Origin: Eremomyces bilateralis CBS 781.70
Taxonomy: Eukaryota
NCBI GenBank assembly: GCA_010015585.1
Contig: ML975155.1
DNA: 64,000 nt
Strand: one strand, 5' to 3'
Shown: positions 51,850-64,000 of the stretch, piece after piece
How positions within the stretch are numbered: position 1 is the stretch's first letter
Layout of the letters: every line of letters begins with the position of its first letter
Made by a program: the position numbers and the translations under genes
Notes under the pieces: model-generated
What the model saw: only the letters and a program-made list of their open reading frames with translations
What the model was told of the DNA's origin: nothing
Database searches by the model: none

Positions 51850-52190
51850 TATGGCAGTCCAGTGAGCATGACGATTGAATGGAGCGAAGTCGTCCCATTA
51901 CTAGACAAAGGGTGGGCTTCTCGGTTACGCGGAGGGGGAAAAGGGACCGTTAGGCTGCTAAATGAGGACATGGCATTATGGTAGTAGCGGAGTTGTAGAC
52001 CTGATACAGGTCATGGTCGGAACGCTTAGTAGCCTTTGATACCAATGGCGAGGCTATGCTGGAGCAGCTTTATTGCTAGCATTTCAAAAAAATTATACAG
52101 CAAATTGTCTCCATGTCCTTGACCAGTCTGAAAGATGAGAATGCCTCATAACAACTGACCCTTGCCTAGATACCTGAAACCATTCTCAGT

Positions 52191-53382
52191 CTAATCAGTC
52201 ACAAACCCCGAATCCTGCTTAAGATATGTCGACACATCCACGAACGGCCCGAACTCCTTCGTTACCGCCTTGATATCCGCACCGTACCCCTCCTCCTCAA
52301 ACCACTTAAACATCTCCCCAAACTCCGGCATCACCCACATGATCCCCTTCGCTAGGAACCCAAACGTCGTCGGCAACTCATACCCCACCGTATGCCGAAA
52401 CACATTCTCCAAGTCCTCATAATTCATCTCCTCCCCCGCTACCGACACCGCCCTCCCATCCCACTTCCCCTCCCTCCCCTCCTTCTCAAACCCCACGAAT
52501 GCTTCCGCCGACACCCTCCCCAAGTCTCGCACGCTCACCAACTGCAGATTCCGCGTCGGCGTCATCGCCTCCCTCCACGCCGTCGAAAACACCTTTCCCA
52601 TCATCCCCGGCACCAAATTCTCCATGAACGCCACCGGCCGCACGATCGTCCACGCCATCCCGTGCTCCGCCGCCGTGCGCTTCAGATGTGCCTCGATGTG
52701 GTGCTTCGAGCGGAAGTGCGGGATTTTGGTCGGGTTCTCGTCCGAGCGGGCCGCGCCGCCGCGGTCCACGGAGGCGTAGATGAGATGCTGCACGCCGTGG
52801 GTGGCGGCGGCGGCGGTGAGGGCGGTGCCATGCTGTTCTTCGCGGTCGGCGCCGCTTGGGCCGAAGGGGGTTTGGAGGGAGAAGACGCCCCAGATGGGGC
52901 CCGGGGCGGTGGTGAAGATGGAGGGGCAGTCAGAGAAGTCGCCCGGGTGGAGGGAGATGCGATCGGAGAGGGCGAGGAGGGATTGGGCGGCGGGGGAGGA
53001 GGGGGTGCGGGTGAGGCAGAGGATATGGAAGGGGGAGGTGGGGAAGGAGGGGTGGGCGAGGAGGGCGCGGACGAGGGCGCCTGGGGTAGTTAGTGGGGTG
53101 GTAATTGGGCTGAGCGATGTAGGGGGGAAGGAGAGCAGTGGTTCAGTGAGTCAAATCCGCATCTAAGAGACAAATGACTGCGCTAGCTTAATAGGGCGAC
53201 TAAATTAAGATGAATAGATTTGACTGAGGATGACTGGTTCCAGAATGAAAGACTGCATGAAAACTTTCGAACAGGAATAACATGACAACAGGCAAAGAGA
53301 TATTCAGACTTGTATACGAAAAAGACTTACCGCCTTGCTTCCCCGTAGCGCCCGTAACCAAAAGATACTTCTTCTCAACCAT
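52191..53382 (-). CDS. NmrA-like NAD(P)-binding protein, 2 exons
   Basis: LLVTGATGKQGG/ALVRAL, VQHLIYASVDRGG, IPHFRSKHHIE, IVRPVAFMENL, LQLVSVRDLG. Confidence 0.92.
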
Positions 53383-54382
53383 GTCTGGTATCGCTGGATT
53401 AGGAACCAGTTAATGTCGTGATCAACCAATGAGCGTTCCACTTCTAGCTGCCAGTAACTGCAGATCTGTGCAACACACTTGATAAGGTAGTAAGTTTGTT
53501 GTCACCTATAGAATATGATAGTATTTCTAGTTAATTTAAAGGATTGAAAAAGTAATGAAGCTGGATCAGGTATCGTATGAGAAGGAGGATTGTTACTCCG
53601 ATGAGATGATATCATTCAGCCCCCCGGTCCCTGAATCCTCCTCCAGATCTCCCATGTCTGTCTTACGATCACGAGGATCAGAGGATTTGTATGGACATCA
53701 GCTCATGAGAATGATAGTTAGCATTCATATTAGAGTAGACCGCGTAAGTAGAGAGCATTTAATTCCCACATTTTCCGGGTCCCGTGTCTTGGACTTTGAG
53801 CATCTTCTCGTCCATTCTTGTGATACATGTTCAGCGCCGTCCCTGCCTCTAGACATCGGCCTGCATCGTGTGAATGCTGTTGCTGGTAATAGCCTCTTCG
53901 CCTTCGTACATTTGCATGCTTATTGACATGGTATTCATGCTCCGCTCGTCGGTGTAATCCCCCTCACGGGCCACTTTACTTCGCCTAGTCATGCTGGCAC
54001 CCGAGGCGTCTAATTCTCCACCGCCTGCAGGACCGCGAAATCCCCAGCATCATCCCCAGCGTTGTCATCTTGAAATTCATCATCTCCATGAACTTCGTAG
54101 TATTCACGAGGCTATCGAACGGCATCGGCAGCTTGGAGATGGTCTTGAAGTGGATCGTCGGATCGATGCTCGTCTGCTGTCGACAGCGCCGAATATTGCC
54201 ATCTCGATGTGGGATAAGGCCACCGAGAACAATTGGTTATGTCTTGGCTGGTGATTAGGGAGTAGCCAGATCCAGGAAGTAATCGTCTCTGAGGGATCTT
54301 CTGTGTAGACGTCCATCCTTCCATGGAGTCAAACCTCCTCATCTCAGATGATTGAAAAGATAACCCATGACTCAACCCATGG

Positions 54383-55120
54383 CTAAAACCCCGATGAATC
54401 CTCCTCTTCTAATATCGTCTGCGACATCAAGTCCCGTTTCCGATCCAGCGTTCCCCCGACCGGAAACTCAAACCTTCCCGGACTCAAAGGGCTTAGCGGG
54501 CTTGGTGGAAGACGTGACCGCTCGAACTCATCCACCCATGGCGACTTGGATTTCCGTCGCTGTTTTCGACCCTCGCGGTACTCTGAAATAGAGCGTTGTG
54601 CGGGTGTCTCAATGGCGACGGCTGTCTCAGGATTCAGGTCTAGAACCAGAACGGCGCCGCGGTAGAGGGAGAATGCGGTTGTTGCGGCAAGGGCGCCGAT
54701 AAGGACGGCGAAGCTGAAGAAGATGTAGAGGTCCTGGAGTTGGTTTAGTAATATTACAAGGTGTTAGTCCAGTGGATTGAGGTTGCTTGAGAAATCAATC
54801 TCGGAGTTCTCATACATGCACACAAGGAACAATACGATCAGGCGACGAACAATACGAACGGTCGACATTCATGATCAGAGGATTTAACGAATGAAATCAA
54901 TGATAGAACTAACCTCGAGTTTTCCTAGAAGTACGAATGGATATAGGACTGTACGGTATGCAAATTGGCCAACATAAATGCCCGGGAGGATGATCGTATA
55001 GATAATGGACCAGGCAAGACGGAGGAGAGTGAGGACGAGACCCAGGAGAAGTTGACCCAGTTTCACGAAAGGGAAAGTTACGACGGACATAAACCGGAAA
55101 TCCATTGCATAGAGAATCAT
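54383..55120 (-). CDS. Conserved fungal hypothetical membrane protein, 2 exons; start uncertain
   Basis: Hydrophobic exon 1 (...PFVLLGKLE) spliced to DLYIFFSFAVLIG...SISEYR...LMSQTILEEEDSSGF*. Confidence 0.7.
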
Positions 55121-55620
55121 GTATGGTGATCCCACACAGATTTGACTTCCTCAAGATAACAGGGTGCAGTTAGATCTGTCATGGATTGAGGAGGTTGAGC
55201 ATCGGATTGAGCAAGCTGCAGCCGTCCAAGCCATTCAATAAATGATAAGGCATTCACACCGCTAAGGGCGGTAAGACGATGAAAGATGTCCGTGACTGGG
55301 CCGGATTGGAGGACAAGGAAAGGGTTGGGATATGGGAGGCCGGAAATCACTGGTATTTGTCGTTGTCGAAAGCTCGTCGGATCCTAGAAAACGCGTGCAT
55401 TGATTGATGCATAGAAGAGGAAGGGGAGAAGAGGGACAGCTAGGAGCGATCGATGCCTATTCTAGATACTAATATTACAGTGATACTATGTATGGTAACC
55501 TGTATGTACAGTGATACTTCTATCGGGGCCTGGCATCCCCGTAGAATTCGTAGCCTGGAATTCATAGAAAGCTCCGGAACACCATGAAGACCGCCGTCGT
55601 TGTTCAACCCACGCGGGATA

Positions 55621-55670
55621 TATAATCTTATTTCTCCCTCACTCACGCTCTCACGCTCTCACGCTCTCAA
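55621..55670 (+). repeat. (CTCACGCT)n short tandem repeat just upstream of the SNF1 beta gene
   Basis: ctcacgctctcacgctctcacgctctca, downstream of a TATATAA element at about 55619. Confidence 0.7.
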
Positions 55671-55764
55671 CATGTCGACACCTTGATAGACATGCAGCAC
55701 GAGCGTCTCAATCCACCGATCATCTCTCCGTGATCGCTAAACCCAATTGCCCCCCACGCGCAAG

Positions 55765-57758
55765 ATGGGGAATAACCCATCTCGATCCACGGGGGCCAGC
55801 GCTCCTCAATCTCCCCCATCGGCTCCCACCTCTTCTCCAGCCACGACCACATCATCTCACCAGCCAACCCAACCCAGTCCGTCCCATTCAGGCCCAAGCC
55901 GGAGCACCTCACGAAGGGAACCAAGGGAACCCAGGCGGAGGGAATCCATCCAAGGTATTCACACCCTCTCCTCCACCAAAGCCACCGCAGCCCCGCCATC
56001 GGCAAGCTTTGAAAGCGCAATCGCCCAAGTGGTGAACTCTCCAACAGGTCCGCAAACGCATCTATTGCTCCCGCACACACTCCCGCACTCGTACTCACAG
56101 TCTCAACAAGCCCCTCGTCGATCCCAAGCCGCCCCGACCCCCGTCCTCCGACCCGTCGATCGAGCTCCCGGAAGCCTAGGATCCAGCATGGGCAACGATC
56201 AATCCAAAGCGAAAGCGAAAGCTCCGGAGCAACCCCATCCACACGCGACGAATGTCACTCCACCGGTGCCGATTCCCTCTAGCACGACCAGCCCAACCCC
56301 CGCCGCCCGCCCCGTCACCGTCCCCGTCCCCGTCACCGTCCCGCAGGCAGAGACAATGATCGGACCCAGCCGGGTCGCATACAAGTCAGAGGCGCCTCCG
56401 ACCTCTGACACATACCCGCTACAGCCGGCGGAGTATGGTCGACCGCCTCGCCTACCTCTACCGATCGACGAGCAGGTATTGATGCCTGGGTCACCGATCC
56501 TGGCGCCGAGGGAGCCTGGATCGGCGGAGGTGGACGAGCTGCCGAGGAAGGAGAGCATGTTGAGTAGCACGACGGTGGACGAGGAGGAGATCGAGGATGA
56601 GCTGCCGAAGAGCGCGGAGGGGGTGCCGCAGAAGACGGTGCCGACGCTGCTGGAGTGGGCGGGACCGGGGGAGAAGGTGTACGTGACGGGGACGTTTGCG
56701 AAGTGGGACCGGAAGTACAAGTTGCATCGCAAGTAAGTGAATTTGGTCATTCGAACATTATCGCATTTGCTTGTCGGTAGTTTTGAACCGGTGGGAGTCA
56801 GTTATCGGGGCCAATGCTTCGATATGCGACTATCCGAGACACGCCACACCGGTTGCGAAGATGGCGATGCAATCCGCTCAATCAGTCCGCGATTGCGGAA
56901 TCCCCGCATGTAGTGCACTGAAGATGCGACAAATCACTCCTCCATTTCACTTATTTCTTATTTGCCTATCTGAAGCGCAAGGACACGGCTGACTTCCCTA
57001 TCACAGCGGCCCCAGCAAGAATAAGAATGCTCTCTCCGCAACGCTCCAACTCCAACCGGGCACCCACCACCTCAAGTTCATCGTCGATGGCGAAATGCGC
57101 CTGTCAGACCACCTTCCCACCGCCGTCGACTTCACCAACATCCTGGTCAACTACATCGAGGTCTCGCCCGACGACATCCCTTCCGCTCCCGATGCGCCGC
57201 CCGGCTCCGAGACTCCCAAGCCGGACTACGTCGTCCCAGCGAACATCCACCCACCCCTGCGTTTGTCTCCGCCCCCAGAACCCAAGTCCGTGTCGCCCGT
57301 CGCGAAAGTCCCCGGCGCCATCATCACGCCGTCCGCGCCCGAACACGCGACCAAACCGGCGTCCATCCAGCCGACGTCACCGAAGAACTATCACACTGAT
57401 ATCCCGACGTTCCTGGCCGACTACGACACGGACGAACGGGACCCGTATTTCCAGCGGGCGGCGCAGGTGATAGGGTACGGGCATCCGCCGCCGTCGTTGC
57501 CGATGTTCTTGAGCAAGAGTATCTTGAACAGCGCGACGCCGATGAAGGATGACGCGTCGGTGTTGGTGGTGCCCAATCATACGGTCTTGAATCATCTAGC
57601 AACCAGTAGTATCCGACATGGGGTGCTTGCTACGAGCGGCACGACCAGATACAAGCGAAAGGTTTGTCCCCCACAGCTTTAGTTGACCATGCTGACTGAT
57701 CATGCAGTTCGAAACCACGATCGTGTTCAAGCCGACGAGGGACCATGACCGGCGATGA
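55765..57758 (+). CDS. GAL83: SNF1/AMPK kinase beta subunit (Gal83/Sip2-like), 3 exons
   Basis: MGNNPS N-terminus; CBM48 EKVYVTGTFAKW...HHLKFIVDGEM; PPSLPMFL, PNHTVLNHLATSSI, TTRYKRK. Confidence 0.95.
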
Positions 57759-58336
57759 TGATCCACTTCACTTGGACGGCCGACGACACGACTTTCTTCC
57801 TGGGTTGGTAGACACGGGATTTCTTCTCACCACGGATGCGATCATGATCACGACCCAAGACTCATGATGACACAAGACGCGTAATCGCGAGGGACGGCTT
57901 TGCTTCGTTTTTGCTTTTCACTCGGCTTCGTATGGAATATCACCGGGCCAAGGATAGGAGTAGGTGGGTGCTGCCTTCAGTTTGCGCAAACGAACTGGGG
58001 CATCGGGCATTTCATGGGCTTTGGGGTCGCTGCTCGGCTTGGGAGGACGATTCTTCGGGACCGCTATTTTTTGCTTCCTGCACGGGATGCTATCAATGGA
58101 TCGTTGAGAACTTCGCTTCTTTTCCCTTGAGAATACAGGGGCATGGGGTAGATCATGGGGTAGATCATGGGAAGGAACTCTTTCTCACCTTTGTAGAATG
58201 TTCAGAGGAGATATCCTCCCGGTCCGTGGTCGATACGATCCGGACCTTTTCGGTTTCACTCAATGGAAGTCGCTCACATTCTGAGATCTCTTTTGGCATC
58301 GGTTGATGTGTCGTCACGTTGGGATCGCTTCGTGTC

Positions 58337-59395
58337 TCAATCTCGCCATTTGATATGCACGGCGTCGGTCCGGAACCGTTGCGTGCAGGTACTGTCGTCT
58401 AGCCCGTCCTTCACACCACTCTCAAACGCCAGCAACCCAGCATGGGCGATCATGATGCCGTTATCGATGCAGAACCGCTCGTCGGTGGCATACACGCTCC
58501 CCCCTCGTTCCTTCGCCATGAGGCCCATCATCTCCTGCAACCGCTCGTTACATCCCACCCCTCCGACGATCAACACCTGCTGACTCCCCACATGCGCCAT
58601 CGCCCGCTCTGTGATCTCCACCAACATCGCAAACACCGTCTCCTGCAGACTAAAGCACAGATCCTCCACCGTGACCAACTCCCCGCTTTCCTCGTCCCGC
58701 AACCGCTTGCTCTCCTCCTCCGCCAGCACCCGCCCCGCCAACGCGTCCACCGCCGCCAAAATCCCCGAAAAACTCGCATCCATCCCCTTCACCGTATACG
58801 GCAGATCCAACAACCTCTTCCCCCGCTTCGCCAACTGCTCGATATTATATCCCGGCGCCGGATCGTTCGAGATGGCCAGCGTGCGCGCGAACCGATCCAG
58901 ACAGTTCCCCACCGCGATGTCCAGCGCCTCTCCGAAGATCCGGTACCGCTGGCACGAATACGCGATGACCTGTGTGTTCCCCCCGGAGACGTACAGCACG
59001 ACGGGGTTCTCGGCGCCGGTGATGGCGCGGCCCATCTCGATGTGCCCGACACAGTGGTTGACGGGGATGAGCGGCTTGTCCCAGAGAAGGGCGACGGTGC
59101 GGGCGGCGACGGCGACGGCGGTGAGCGGGGCGCCCATGCCGGGCCCTTTGGTGAAGGCAATGCAGGCAATGTCGGAGGGGCGGAGGCTGGATTGCTGGAG
59201 GCAGCGCTTGATGAGGCGGATGACCCAGGCGCGGTGGTGGGCGGCGGTGTCTTTGGGGAGGAAGCCGGCGCCGGGGGGGGAGATGTAGGTGTGGCGGAGG
59301 TTGGCGAGGATGATGGGGGGGGAGGTGGGGGAGGGGTGGGAGATGAGGCCGATGCCGAGTTTGTTGGCGGAGCCTTCGAGGCCGAGGGCGATCAT
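58337..59395 (-). CDS. KAE1: tRNA N6-threonylcarbamoyltransferase (KEOPS), intronless
   Basis: [58 protein letters not shown]. Confidence 0.98.
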   Translation of the reverse strand: MIALGLEGSANKLGIGLISHPSPTSPPIILANLRHTYISPPGAGFLPKDTAAHHRAWVIRLIKRCLQQSSLRPSDIACIAFTKGPGMGAPLTAVAVAARTVALLWDKPLIPVNHCVGHIEMGRAITGAENPVVLYVSGGNTQVIAYSCQRYRIFGEALDIAVGNCLDRFARTLAISNDPAPGYNIEQLAKRGKRLLDLPYTVKGMDASFSGILAAVDALAGRVLAEEESKRLRDEESGELVTVEDLCFSLQETVFAMLVEITERAMAHVGSQQVLIVGGVGCNERLQEMMGLMAKERGGSVYATDERFCIDNGIMIAHAGLLAFESGVKDGLDDSTCTQRFRTDAVHIKWRD

Positions 59396-60179
59396 GATGA
59401 TAAATATGGGAGATGGGGTAGAGCTGGGGTGTTTGATGTTCGGGTTGGTTTCGTAGAGGTTCACGTTGCGGAGATGAGTGGGATATTGAGATATCACCAG
59501 GAATTCAAGGATGAAACTGACTCAGTATAGGTGTTTAGTCCAGGCGGATTGGCAAAACAATTGAGTCATTGAAATGTGTGGTTCGTGATGCCTGATGAAC
59601 GTCTACATGGCTATTTATTAGGACCACTCAACCTATCTTAGCATAGACATAACGTAGTAAGCACCGTACGATGTAATAAGGGATTCTCTGTATAATTAAG
59701 CACCCATATTTAGAAGAATCCTGTTAACCACACTGCCTTTGTGAGGTGCCTCTACTGCCCACTAGGGTAGTACAGTCAGAATTGCTTACATAATGTTTCG
59801 ATTTGTTGGTTCTCGTGCTAATATTGGTAGTGAGCCTAGCAATCGAGACACATCAGTTGTAACTTGTTAAATCGATCCATCACTGTTTTCATTACGACCT
59901 TGAATGCATCTCGTTTAAACCTCCGGCCGTAACCAGACTACTACAATCACCTTCTCTATGTGATCACTGGAATGACCGAATCAAAATCCGCCAATGGCGT
60001 AAGGCTACGCCACAGCCGCTAGCTTGATAGGGGTTGGCGCCACCCACAAGGTCTCCATATGCCCGAATCGGATGGGTGTTTTCTTTCTCTCACCTTACTC
60101 TCACTTCCACGCTTCTAAATCTAACTTTGTGTCGAGAAAAATAGATTTCAAGAAGACATTGAAGTACGGAAATACAACC

Positions 60180-61873
60180 ATGTCTCAGCCGTTCGACGAG
60201 AAGACCAACGCTTTCCTGCAGTGGCTCAACCATTGCGGGGCGGAAGTCAGTAACAAGATCGAGTTGCAGGACCTGAGACAGTTCAAGGAGGGACGGGGCG
60301 TGGGTAAGTGAGAGACCGGTCTTTGATGTCCCCCAAGTCTTAGATCGCCGGAGTGAGAGGAAGTTTTGTATCAATCTTATACTAATTCCTTGGTTATAGT
60401 TGCCACCGCGGAGATCGAGGAGGGCGAGACGCTGTTCCGGATCCCTCGCTCGTTAGTACTGACGGCGGAGAATTCGAAGCTGGTTCAGGACCACAGAGCA
60501 GTAATTGAAGACTTTAACGATGAACCGTGGGCCATGTTGATCCTGGCGATGACATACGAGTACTTCCGCGGCCGTGACTCGCCGTGGTTCCCGTACCTCA
60601 GCATTCTCCCAACCGAGTTCAACACCCTCATGTACTGGTCCGACCACGAACTCGCGGAGCTGCGAGGCAGCACGGTACTTCAGCGCATCGGCAAAAAGCA
60701 AGCTGACGAGGACTTCCTCGGGCGAATGATCCCACTCATGCTACAACATGCGGAGGTGTTCTTCAACGTCCAGCCTGGCGAACCCATCCCCATGATGCCC
60801 GACCATCTCCTTGCCCTCCTGCACCAGTTCGCTTCGACCATCATGGCGTACGCGTTCGATCTAGCCTCACCGGAGACGGGCGAGGCCGACGAAGACGGGT
60901 ACGTCAGCGACCCAGACGAGGCGGATTGCCCCAAGGGGCTGGTGCCGATGGCGGACATGCTGAACGCAGACGCGGACCGTAACAACGCCAACCTCATGAG
61001 CGAGCCGGACTTCCTCGAGATGAAAGCGATCAAACCGATCGTCCGCGGGGAGCAGATCTTCAACGACTACGGCCCGCTCCCGCGCTCCGAGCTGCTGCGT
61101 CGATACGGCTATATCACCGATAACTACGCGATCCACGACGTGGTGGAAATTCCCAGCGACGTCATTATCGCGGCGTTCCACACGTTGCGCCCCGGCACCG
61201 CGATGCACCAGGATGTCCTCGGCCTGGTAAGTTCTCGGCTCCACCCAAAGAAAACACCAAACTGACAAATGACTTGCAGGTTGACTACCTCGAAAGGAAA
61301 GACCTGATGTCCGACGGCTACGACCTCTCCATGCCCCGTCTCCTCGACGTCGTAACTACCCGCACTCCCCACGGCGACCGCCTCCTCCCGGACGCCTTCG
61401 CCGACTACTTCTCCCAACTCCCCCCCGACCTCTCCCTCCTCCTCAGCGCCCTCGTGCGCCTCCAACCCGGCATGACTGCCCCCGAATTCAAGTCCATCAC
61501 ACGCGACATCCCCTCCGACCCCGCGACGCGCCAGCGGATCTTCGCGCTGCTGCGCGTCTGCGCGGCGGACCGCCTGGCGCATTACCCCACGACGATCGAC
61601 GACGACCGACGGCTGCTGCGGGACGACGGGACGGGAACGCATGGTCCGGTGGACGAGCGGGAAAGGTTGGCGGTGCAGGTGCGGTTGGGGGAGAAGGAGA
61701 TTTTGGATCGCTGGGGGGGTGTCGCGCAGGTTTGTAGTTTGGTGGAGGTAGAGGAGGCGGAGGAGGCGGAGGAGGCGGAGGGATCGGGTGGAAAGAGGAA
61801 GGGTGAGGATGAGGGGGGGAGAGGGGGTGGGAAGAGGGCGCGGCGGGAGACGGATGATGCGATGGAAGAGTGA
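60180..61873 (+). CDS. RKM4: SET-domain protein lysine methyltransferase (SETD6/Rkm4-like) with Rubisco-LSMT substrate-binding domain, 3 exons
   Basis: GRGV/VAT..IEEGETLFRIPRS, SPWFPYLSILP, IMAYAFD, LVPMADMLNADAD, GEQIFNDYG, LLRRYGY, AVQVRLGEKEIL. Confidence 0.88.
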
Positions 61874-62495
61874 GGAGTTCAGTCTATGAGGATGGGTACC
61901 TGGCGAAGAAATCGCAGCTCAATATGTATGGTCCGCGCCACTCGAGGAGCTCGCAGTATGGCTTACGCTTCACGGACGGACCGACCTTCACGGACGAGTG
62001 GCTGTACCACACACACCCTTCAATCGAAACCCCGGACGTCTACGAACGACCTCACCATCACCATCACCATCACACGATCCGATCACCACCGACAAACCCA
62101 GTACGTACGTCCCAGTTCTACATTTCTGTTTTCCGTTTCCTTGGGAGGGGTATCATACAACGATTTTCTCGACAAAACTCCATCAATCCCCTTTCCTCTT
62201 TCCCTGTCCCTGTTCCATTGCGCCGTCCAAATCTTACACCGGGAAACGCAAAGAATCATCCACACTGCTCCACTTACTCCATACCCGATCCCCTGCCTGC
62301 CCTGCCCCCCTTCCTACGCCGCTTCTTCCATGCTAATGTACAATAGGGATGCATGCAGGATACCAGTGATGGCTGTCCATGCGACGAGAAAAGGATCGAT
62401 GTGAGCAAGAGCAAATGAGAAGGGCGTGTGTGAGAATGCGGAAAAGTAAAGATGCTGTAAAACAGGAAAAAAAACTCGCTAAAACAGTCAAATGT

Positions 62496-62575
62496 ATGCG
62501 ATGCGATGCGATGCGATGCGATGCGATGTGTGTTTCAGGGTTACCCGATCGAGGAAATCGAATCGAATCGAATCA
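62496..62575 (+). repeat. Pentanucleotide microsatellites (GCGAT)n and (AATCG)n
   Basis: gcgatgcgatgcgatgcgatgcgatgcgat; aatcgaatcgaatcgaatc. Confidence 0.9.
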
Positions 62576-62754
62576 GACGTCCTCCGAGTGCGTGGTGCTT
62601 TTCCCGAGAAAAAAAATACCGCCCCCGTTCTATGTCCGATAGGATAGCCAGCAGATCATACGGTGAGTTGGAAGATAATACGACGACGGAACATCGACCC
62701 CTCCACCGACCCTACCGACCCAACGCCTAGAATTCCGCAAAGCAACGCTTCCGC

Positions 62755-64000
62755 CTACGACGGCGCCGCCACCGTCACCACCGGTGCCCCCTGTTGTGCC
62801 TGCGCCAACCCCTGCTGCGCCTGCGCCAATGCGCGCCTCTGCACCTGCTGAATCTGCTGCGGACTCAACGAGACGCCCTGCTGCGCGGCCTGCTGCTGCG
62901 CGGCGTGCACAGCGGCGGACACATGGGCGTGGGCGTGAGCGGCGGCGGCGTTTTGTAGGGAGGGGTGCGGCGGGTCGCGGGACTGCAGGGCGAAGAACAT
63001 GCGGTGGCGCATAGCGAGAGAGTCGTAAGGGTCTGTGGGGCGGAGGGGNNNNNNNNNNNNNNNNNNNNNNNNNNNNNNNNNNNNNNNNNNNNNNNNNNNN
63101 NNNNNNNNNNNNNNNNNNNNNNNNNNNNNNNNNNNNNNNNNNNNNNNNNNNNNNNNNNNNNNNNNNNNNNNNNNNNNNNNNNNNNNNNNNNNNNNNNNNN
63201 NNNNNNNNNNNNNNNNNNNNNNNNNNNNNNNNNNNNNNNNNNNNNNNNNNNNNNNNNNNNNNNNNNNNNNNNNAAGGAGGGGAGGGCGGTGGCGAGGGGG
63301 TTGTCGAGGTGAGTGATGGGGCGGAGAGGGTCGCGGGTGAGGGAGGCGTATTCGTTGGGTTTGGGTTGGCGGGGGAAGGGGGCGAGGGCGTCGGCGGTGG
63401 TATCGGCGTCCTCCATGGGTTGGTCGTTAGGTTTCGAGTCGGAACCCTCGGCGGAGGTGGGGGGTGTGGGGAGGATGCGGTTGAAGAGGGAGACAAATTC
63501 CGGGTCGTCTAGGGCGGCGGATTCGAGGGGCGGGGTTATGGGACGCCAGGTATCGTCGACATAGCCCTCGTTCCAGACCTGGTGCCGCTGTTTGTGCTCG
63601 TTGACGAAGGTGCGGATGCTGTCGGCGCGCTTGGCTTTCTGGTCCTCGTACATGATCACGTCGGATTCCATAGGGCGAACCGCAGCGGGCAATGACGGCT
63701 GCTGACCTGCTACACGAGCTCGTTGGACCCCTGCTTCGGGTCGAGGAGCTTCTTTTCGTTTGGGCTGGGGCGGAGGCTGGAAATGGTGAGTGTCTCGTTC
63801 CCTTCGCGGTCGTGCAGTTACTTACCTGATTGATGAGCAATTCCATGTCCCCCTCCTTGATTCCCAAACTCCGTTTCGCCTCGAGCAGCGCTCTCCGTTG
63901 CCGGAAAATGAGCTCGTCCTGTGCCAACTGATCCGCCTTGGCTCGCTGAAACTGCACGACGAGGTGGCAGAGATATCGCGACGTTTCGTACTGCCGCCGA
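62755..64000 (-). CDS. EPL1: Enhancer of polycomb-like protein (NuA4 subunit), 3' part; spans an N gap; 5' end beyond window
   Basis: IFRQRRALLEAKRSLGIKEGDMELLINQ, intron, ...WNEGYVDDTWRPITPP...LPTPPTS...DPYDSLAMRHR, Q/A-rich tail; resembles the Pezizomycotina Epl1 C-terminus. Confidence 0.75.
63049..63273. other. Assembly gap (N run) within a G-rich tract
   Basis: 225 N characters. Confidence 1.

Noticed and set aside
21510..59395. Co-location of RNA modification/processing genes (ELP3, BMT5, CBP80, KAE1) as a functional cluster
   Set aside because: Spread over about 38 kb among unrelated housekeeping genes; chance is sufficient.
58442..59530. Long antisense ORFs opposite KAE1 (similarly 16619-17605 opposite NHX1 and 29226-30617 opposite the kinase)
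   Set aside because: Shadow ORFs expected from GC-rich codon usage on the real strand; no recognisable motifs.
1..64000. tRNA, rRNA or snoRNA genes
   Set aside because: None recognised by eye; tRNAscan-SE and an Rfam scan are needed to exclude them.

Overview
Eukaryotic DNA from a filamentous ascomycete (Pezizomycotina-type genes with short GT-AG introns carrying CTAAC/CTGAC branch sites). It falls into two compartments. (1) About 1-14.8 kb is a visibly less GC-rich accessory island. It holds a frameshifted Fot1/pogo-type DDE transposon, a CorA-like membrane-protein gene with an apparently broken splice acceptor, an F-box-like pseudogene and a PD-(D/E)XK nuclease-like pseudogene with TGG->TAG-type stops. 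It also holds two intact, intronless, divergently oriented genes that share an N-terminal Cys/His motif and a T5orf172/MUG113 (GIY-YIG-like) domain. (2) About 15-64 kb is a GC-rich core block: a conserved membrane protein, NHX1, LSC1, ELP3, BMT5, RIM1, a SAT4/HAL kinase, SLP1, GSK3, CBP80, a ZUP1/Mug105-like peptidase, an NmrA-like protein, the SNF1 beta subunit, KAE1, a SETD6/RKM4-like methyltransferase and the 3' part of EPL1. The main leads are the nuclease-rich island and a recurring C-rich->G-rich strand-skew flip every few kb in the core, which ignores gene orientation. Family assignments come from motif recognition by eye; no database searches were run. Assembly gaps lie at 225-469 and 63049-63273.
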